From Lentisphaeria bacterium (GTDB lineage Bacteria > Verrucomicrobiota > Lentisphaeria > Oligosphaerales > Oligosphaeraceae): a stretch of DNA of 43,632 bases. Below, one piece after another: positions 40,431-43,632 of the stretch. The stretch covers positions 1-43,632 of the forward strand of contig JAPXLT010000001.1 in NCBI GenBank assembly GCA_033809415.1, written 5' to 3'. The stretch's first letter is position 1; each line of letters opens with the position of its first letter. The notes beneath the pieces are model-generated. The model had not been told where the DNA came from. It did no database searches and worked only from the letters and a program-made list of their open reading frames with translations. Both the position numbers and the translations under genes were made by a program.

Positions 40431-42185
40431 CTCCTTAACTTCGAAAGCGAACAAGCGGCACTCCTCGGAACCCCAGGTGCTTTCCGGGATCAGCCGCACA
40501 GCGTCCGTTTCGACTTCAAAATCCACCCGCACCAGGCGCTGGTAATTATTGTCTTCCCGGTAGAACTCCTTCCAAGTGCCATCTGCCTGACGTGCCTCGA
40601 GGCGGAAGCTTTTTACCAACGTTGTTGGCGGAAGGCGCGGAGGCTGGTTCAGAGGAAAATTCGACAGGATGTTTTTCTCCCAGTGATGGCTGCAAGCTCC
40701 CTGTCCCTTCCGGTTCAGGTCACTGTCAAAGACCAGACGCGCGCTGCGGACAGTCTGCCGCTTCCCGAAGTCGTATTCGATGCAATCACCGCATTTGCCG
40801 CACCAGGAGTTTGCCGCGTCGCCGACCGGTCTGTCGATCCCATTGCGCAGCGCTTCCGCGTCCCCGCTCGAAGCGCGCAGCCGCGCTTTCGCCGATAAGG
40901 GGGCAATTTCCCGTTTGACTCTGGGCAGATAGCAATCATCCTCGAGCAGGAGCTGTTGCAGTTCCTGGATGTGGCTCTGATAAACTCCACGCGGGTTGCA
41001 GCTGTTTTTCACCGCCAGCGCTGCCGCGATTCCGACCGCATGTCCCATGAGGCTGCATGTGGCCATTACTCGAGTCGAGCTGATCCCGATATGCGTCGTG
41101 CTGATATTCCGGCCCGCAAAAAACAGGTTGTCAATGTTCCGCGAGTACAGGCTGCGGTAAGGAATGCCGTAGATTTCGGGTACGTGGATATTCCGGTTCG
41201 GGGGACCCGAATAATAAAATCCGCCAGGATGATGATCATCAATCGGCCAGCCACCATATGCGACAACATCTTCAAATTCGCCACGTGATAGGATTTCCTT
41301 TTCCGAAAGGATGTGGTCGCCCAGATAGCGGCGGCTTTCCCGCTTGCCAGGCAGGAAGCCGACCCATTCCAGCTCCCAGTTGTCCGCGCCATGATCCCCA
41401 TGATTCTTGATATGATCCCACACCCCAAAGGCCAGCGCAACCAGCTCGTCCCGCAAAGTCTCCGTGTCATGGATCGAATCCACATCACCGCCCAGCTCCA
41501 TCCACCAGAAATTGCTCAGGCCGGTAAAACCGTGCCCGCGATGTGCCAAATCATCATCGGACAGGATCTTCTTTGCCCAACGGGGCGCAATGAATGTTTT
41601 CGGGGAGTCCGTCTCACGTGCCTGGATCAGGCAGCTCATCCCCATGGTCTTGTTGTCAGCCACTTCATGCGCCAGGCTTTCCCCGAACTCCTCCGCAGCT
41701 TCGCGCCCAATGCGGAAGTCCGCACCGCTCAATGGCGCCAGAATGCTGTCGCCCGAGCAATCCGCGAAAAGCTTCGCCTCGATCGTATGCCAAGTCTCCG
41801 CAGTCCCCTGCCAGCCGCGCACCGAAACAATCCGATTCCCGGACATCTCGAGCGAATTCACCGAGCAATTCAAAAACAGGGTCAGGTTCTTCTCCTCGAT
41901 TGCCAGCTGATACAGAACGCTATCCCAGATCGAGAAATTCGAGCTGGGATTGCGGTAGTTGTTCTCGAGGTTGACTTCTTCGACTAGTCCGGTCTCGCGC
42001 TGGTCTTTGCCAGTAGCTCCGCAAATCCACATCCGGATTTCACTCGAAGCATTTCCCCCAAGCACAGGACGGTCATGCACCAGGGCTGTCCGTATCCCCT
42101 GGCGTGCCGCTGCTACCGCCGCGCATAAGCCAGACATGCCGCCGCCTACCACACAAAAGTCAAACCTGTGATTCAATTCTTTCAT
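40425..42185 (-). CDS. FAD-dependent oxidoreductase (FAD_oxidored-type, GIDA-like N-terminus)
   Basis: Track GTG 42197 trimmed to ATG 42185 (GGAGTGAG RBS). Dinucleotide-binding FDFCVVGGGMSGLCAAVAAARQGIRTALVHDRPVLGGNASSE. Substrate unknown. Confidence 0.75.
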   Translation of the reverse strand: MKELNHRFDFCVVGGGMSGLCAAVAAARQGIRTALVHDRPVLGGNASSEIRMWICGATGKDQRETGLVEEVNLENNYRNPSSNFSIWDSVLYQLAIEEKNLTLFLNCSVNSLEMSGNRIVSVRGWQGTAETWHTIEAKLFADCSGDSILAPLSGADFRIGREAAEEFGESLAHEVADNKTMGMSCLIQARETDSPKTFIAPRWAKKILSDDDLAHRGHGFTGLSNFWWMELGGDVDSIHDTETLRDELVALAFGVWDHIKNHGDHGADNWELEWVGFLPGKRESRRYLGDHILSEKEILSRGEFEDVVAYGGWPIDDHHPGGFYYSGPPNRNIHVPEIYGIPYRSLYSRNIDNLFFAGRNISTTHIGISSTRVMATCSLMGHAVGIAAALAVKNSCNPRGVYQSHIQELQQLLLEDDCYLPRVKREIAPLSAKARLRASSGDAEALRNGIDRPVGDAANSWCGKCGDCIEYDFGKRQTVRSARLVFDSDLNRKGQGACSHHWEKNILSNFPLNQPPRLPPTTLVKSFRLEARQADGTWKEFYREDNNYQRLVRVDFEVETDAVRLIPESTWGSEECRLFAFEVKEF

Positions 42186-42264
42186 AATTATTCTCACTCC
42201 AAGTCATTAAACCGCCAAAATACCAAGCAATCAGAGAGAAAACAACAGACCAACCCGTAAAACC

Positions 42265-42340
42265 GCGTGCCAGCCCATCCGTCGAAGCACCAACCCCATA
42301 AAAATTTTTCGTGCCTTTTCGTGCTTTTCGTTGTTAAAAA
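42265..42340 (+). repeat. D element copy 19 (forward), near-consensus full core
   Basis: GCGTGCCAGCCCATCCGTCGAAGCACCAACCCCATAAAAATTTTTCGTGCCTTTTCGTGCTTTTCGTTGTTAAAAA. Ends 2 nt from the kdsD stop. Confidence 0.9.
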
Positions 42341-42341
42341 C

Positions 42342-43340
42342 TCACATCATCTTGAACTTCGGCAGGTCCTGGATATCCACCAGGCCCATGAAGTGTCCCT
42401 GGTCGTCTACGGCTATGATATCATCGATTTTGCGCTTCTCGATGATTTTCATGATCTCGACCGCGAGGCAGTTCTGATTGATCGTGATTGGAGACTTCGT
42501 CATGACCTCTTCGATCTTTGCATTGAGCAGATCAGCGTCGCGCATGATCCCTCGCCGGAAATCCCCGTCCGTGAAGATTCCCAGCAGCATGTTATCCTGA
42601 TCGACGATGGCCACTGCGCCAGTACGCGCCGCAGTCATCTTCAGCAGAGCTTCCCGCACGCTTGTGCCGGGCAGTACGCTTGGGGCGTGCTCCCCGCTAC
42701 GCATGCAGTCTTGCACAGTCATCGTAATGCTGCGTCCAATCGCGCCGGCGGGATGCAGCTTTGCATAGTCATTCAGGCCAAAGCGGCGGCAATCGAGCAA
42801 AACCATTGCCAGCGCATCGCCGAGCGCCGCCAGTGCAGTCGTCGTCGTAGTCGGCGCCAAGTTGAAGGGGCAGGCCTCCCGCGGCACCGGCATGGGCACG
42901 CAAAAATCCGACCAGCCTGCAAGGCGTGACTCCGGCTTGCCGGTGATTGCAACGATTGCCACGCCCAGGCGTTTTACTGCCGGCAGCACCGCAAGCAGCT
43001 CATCCGTCTCACCGCTATAACTGACCGCCAGCATCAAATCCAGCTCGGAGACTTCCCCTAGGTCCCCGTGCATCGCTTCCACCGGATGCAGAAAAATCGC
43101 CCGCGACCCCGTGCTCGCAAGAGTCGCCGCGATCTTCTTGCTGATATGACCGCTTTTGCCAATCCCGCACAGCACCAGCTTGCCGCCACGATGCAATGTG
43201 TCCAGACAGCAATGCACCAGATGCACAAAATCCTCGCCAAGGTCCGACTGCAATGCCTGCAATCCCTCGATCTCGATCTCAACAACCTCCGCCGCACGAC
43301 GCAGGATTTCCTCAGAATCAGGACGATTCGTTTCCATCAT
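42342..43340 (-). CDS. kdsD: KpsF/GutQ-family arabinose-5-phosphate isomerase (SIS plus tandem CBS)
   Basis: GKLVLCGIGKSGHISKKIAATLASTGSRAIFLHPVEAMHGDLG, SYSGET, and C-terminal CBS pair. 332 aa. Confidence 0.9.
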   Translation of the reverse strand: MMETNRPDSEEILRRAAEVVEIEIEGLQALQSDLGEDFVHLVHCCLDTLHRGGKLVLCGIGKSGHISKKIAATLASTGSRAIFLHPVEAMHGDLGEVSELDLMLAVSYSGETDELLAVLPAVKRLGVAIVAITGKPESRLAGWSDFCVPMPVPREACPFNLAPTTTTTALAALGDALAMVLLDCRRFGLNDYAKLHPAGAIGRSITMTVQDCMRSGEHAPSVLPGTSVREALLKMTAARTGAVAIVDQDNMLLGIFTDGDFRRGIMRDADLLNAKIEEVMTKSPITINQNCLAVEIMKIIEKRKIDDIIAVDDQGHFMGLVDIQDLPKFKMM

Positions 43341-43451
43341 AAACCGCTCTCTTATTAATAAGGATTAGTAAGGACGAGTAATTGAAGATAATATACCATC
43401 CCCACACCGCAAAGACAAATCTAACACAGGGGGGGGGAACACACACAAGCT

Positions 43452-43526
43452 ATTTTTGTCCACGGAAAGCACGGAAAGCGCGGAAAATTTTTTTAGGGTT
43501 GTTGCTCTGATGGATGGCGGTGCGGG
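43452..43526 (-). repeat. D element copy 20 (reverse, CCGTG variant)
   Basis: ATTTTTGTCCACGGAAAGCACGGAAAGCGCGGAAAATTTTTTTAGGGTTGTTGCTCTGATGGATGGCGGTGCGGG. Confidence 0.85.
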
Positions 43527-43534
43527 ATGTGTGG

Positions 43535-43632
43535 GTGGACAGTGTGGACAGTGTGGACAGTGTGGACAGTGTGGACAGTGTGGACAGTGTGGACAGTGTG
43601 GACAGTGTGGACAGTGTGGACAGTGTGGACAG
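43535..43632. repeat. Tandem 9-mer array (GTGGACAGT), at least 11 units, truncated by window end
   Basis: Perfect GTGGACAGT repeats from 43535 to the last base. It is the same unit as the array inside MITE copy 1 (1289-1325). Confidence 0.95.

Overview
This is a 43.6-kb bacterial chromosomal window, about 83% coding by my hand tally (28 protein-coding calls, 1 tRNA, 1 IS). I cannot fix the taxon without a database search. Two prepilin-type H-X9-DG (DUF1559-like) pseudopilin genes, several secreted glycoside-hydrolase-like genes and a T2SS-like cluster suggest the PVC superphylum (Lentisphaerota, Kiritimatiellota, Verrucomicrobiota or Planctomycetota); this is inference only. Recognisable genes, in order: an XRE-cupin regulator and an MFS transporter; a pseudopilin, a DUF4838/CBM9-like secreted protein and an unknown secreted protein; ppdK preceded by a tiny basic ORF and a hairpin-rich leader; a PHP phosphoesterase and an alpha-galactosidase-like GH; a second pseudopilin with a 995-aa clan GH-A-like hydrolase; tRNA(CAU); rtcR, a sigma-54 promoter and rtcA-rtcB; an IS4-family IS; GspL/M/C-like genes, a secretin and a GspE/PilB ATPase; then recQ, larA, folC, a phasin-like gene, psd, an FAD oxidoreductase and kdsD/kpsF. 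The most unusual content is non-coding. Roughly 4.5-5 kb of the ~7.3 kb of intergenic DNA is a modular mosaic of recurring elements. (A) A ~35-nt REP-like hairpin with a GT[A/G]G head, 10 copies. (B) A ~175-nt conserved module, 3 copies. (D) A ~75-nt element with a triple TTTTCGTGC motif ending GTTAAAAA, about 22 copies, in nearly every intergenic gap and often touching or supplying stop codons. (E) A ~246-bp MITE with 23-nt TIRs and 8-bp target duplications, 2 copies. Finally, tandem arrays: G-quadruplex-prone heptamers (GGGGGCA / GGGGTGC / GGGTGCA) with their C-rich complements, GTCCAC/GTGGAC-based 9-mers, and an 11-mer. The modules recur in a fixed order that predicts large foldback structures. 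I do not recognise this combination as a described repeat family. All protein functions rest on motif recognition by eye; no searches were run. Both window ends lie inside tandem arrays, so array lengths may be under-assembled.
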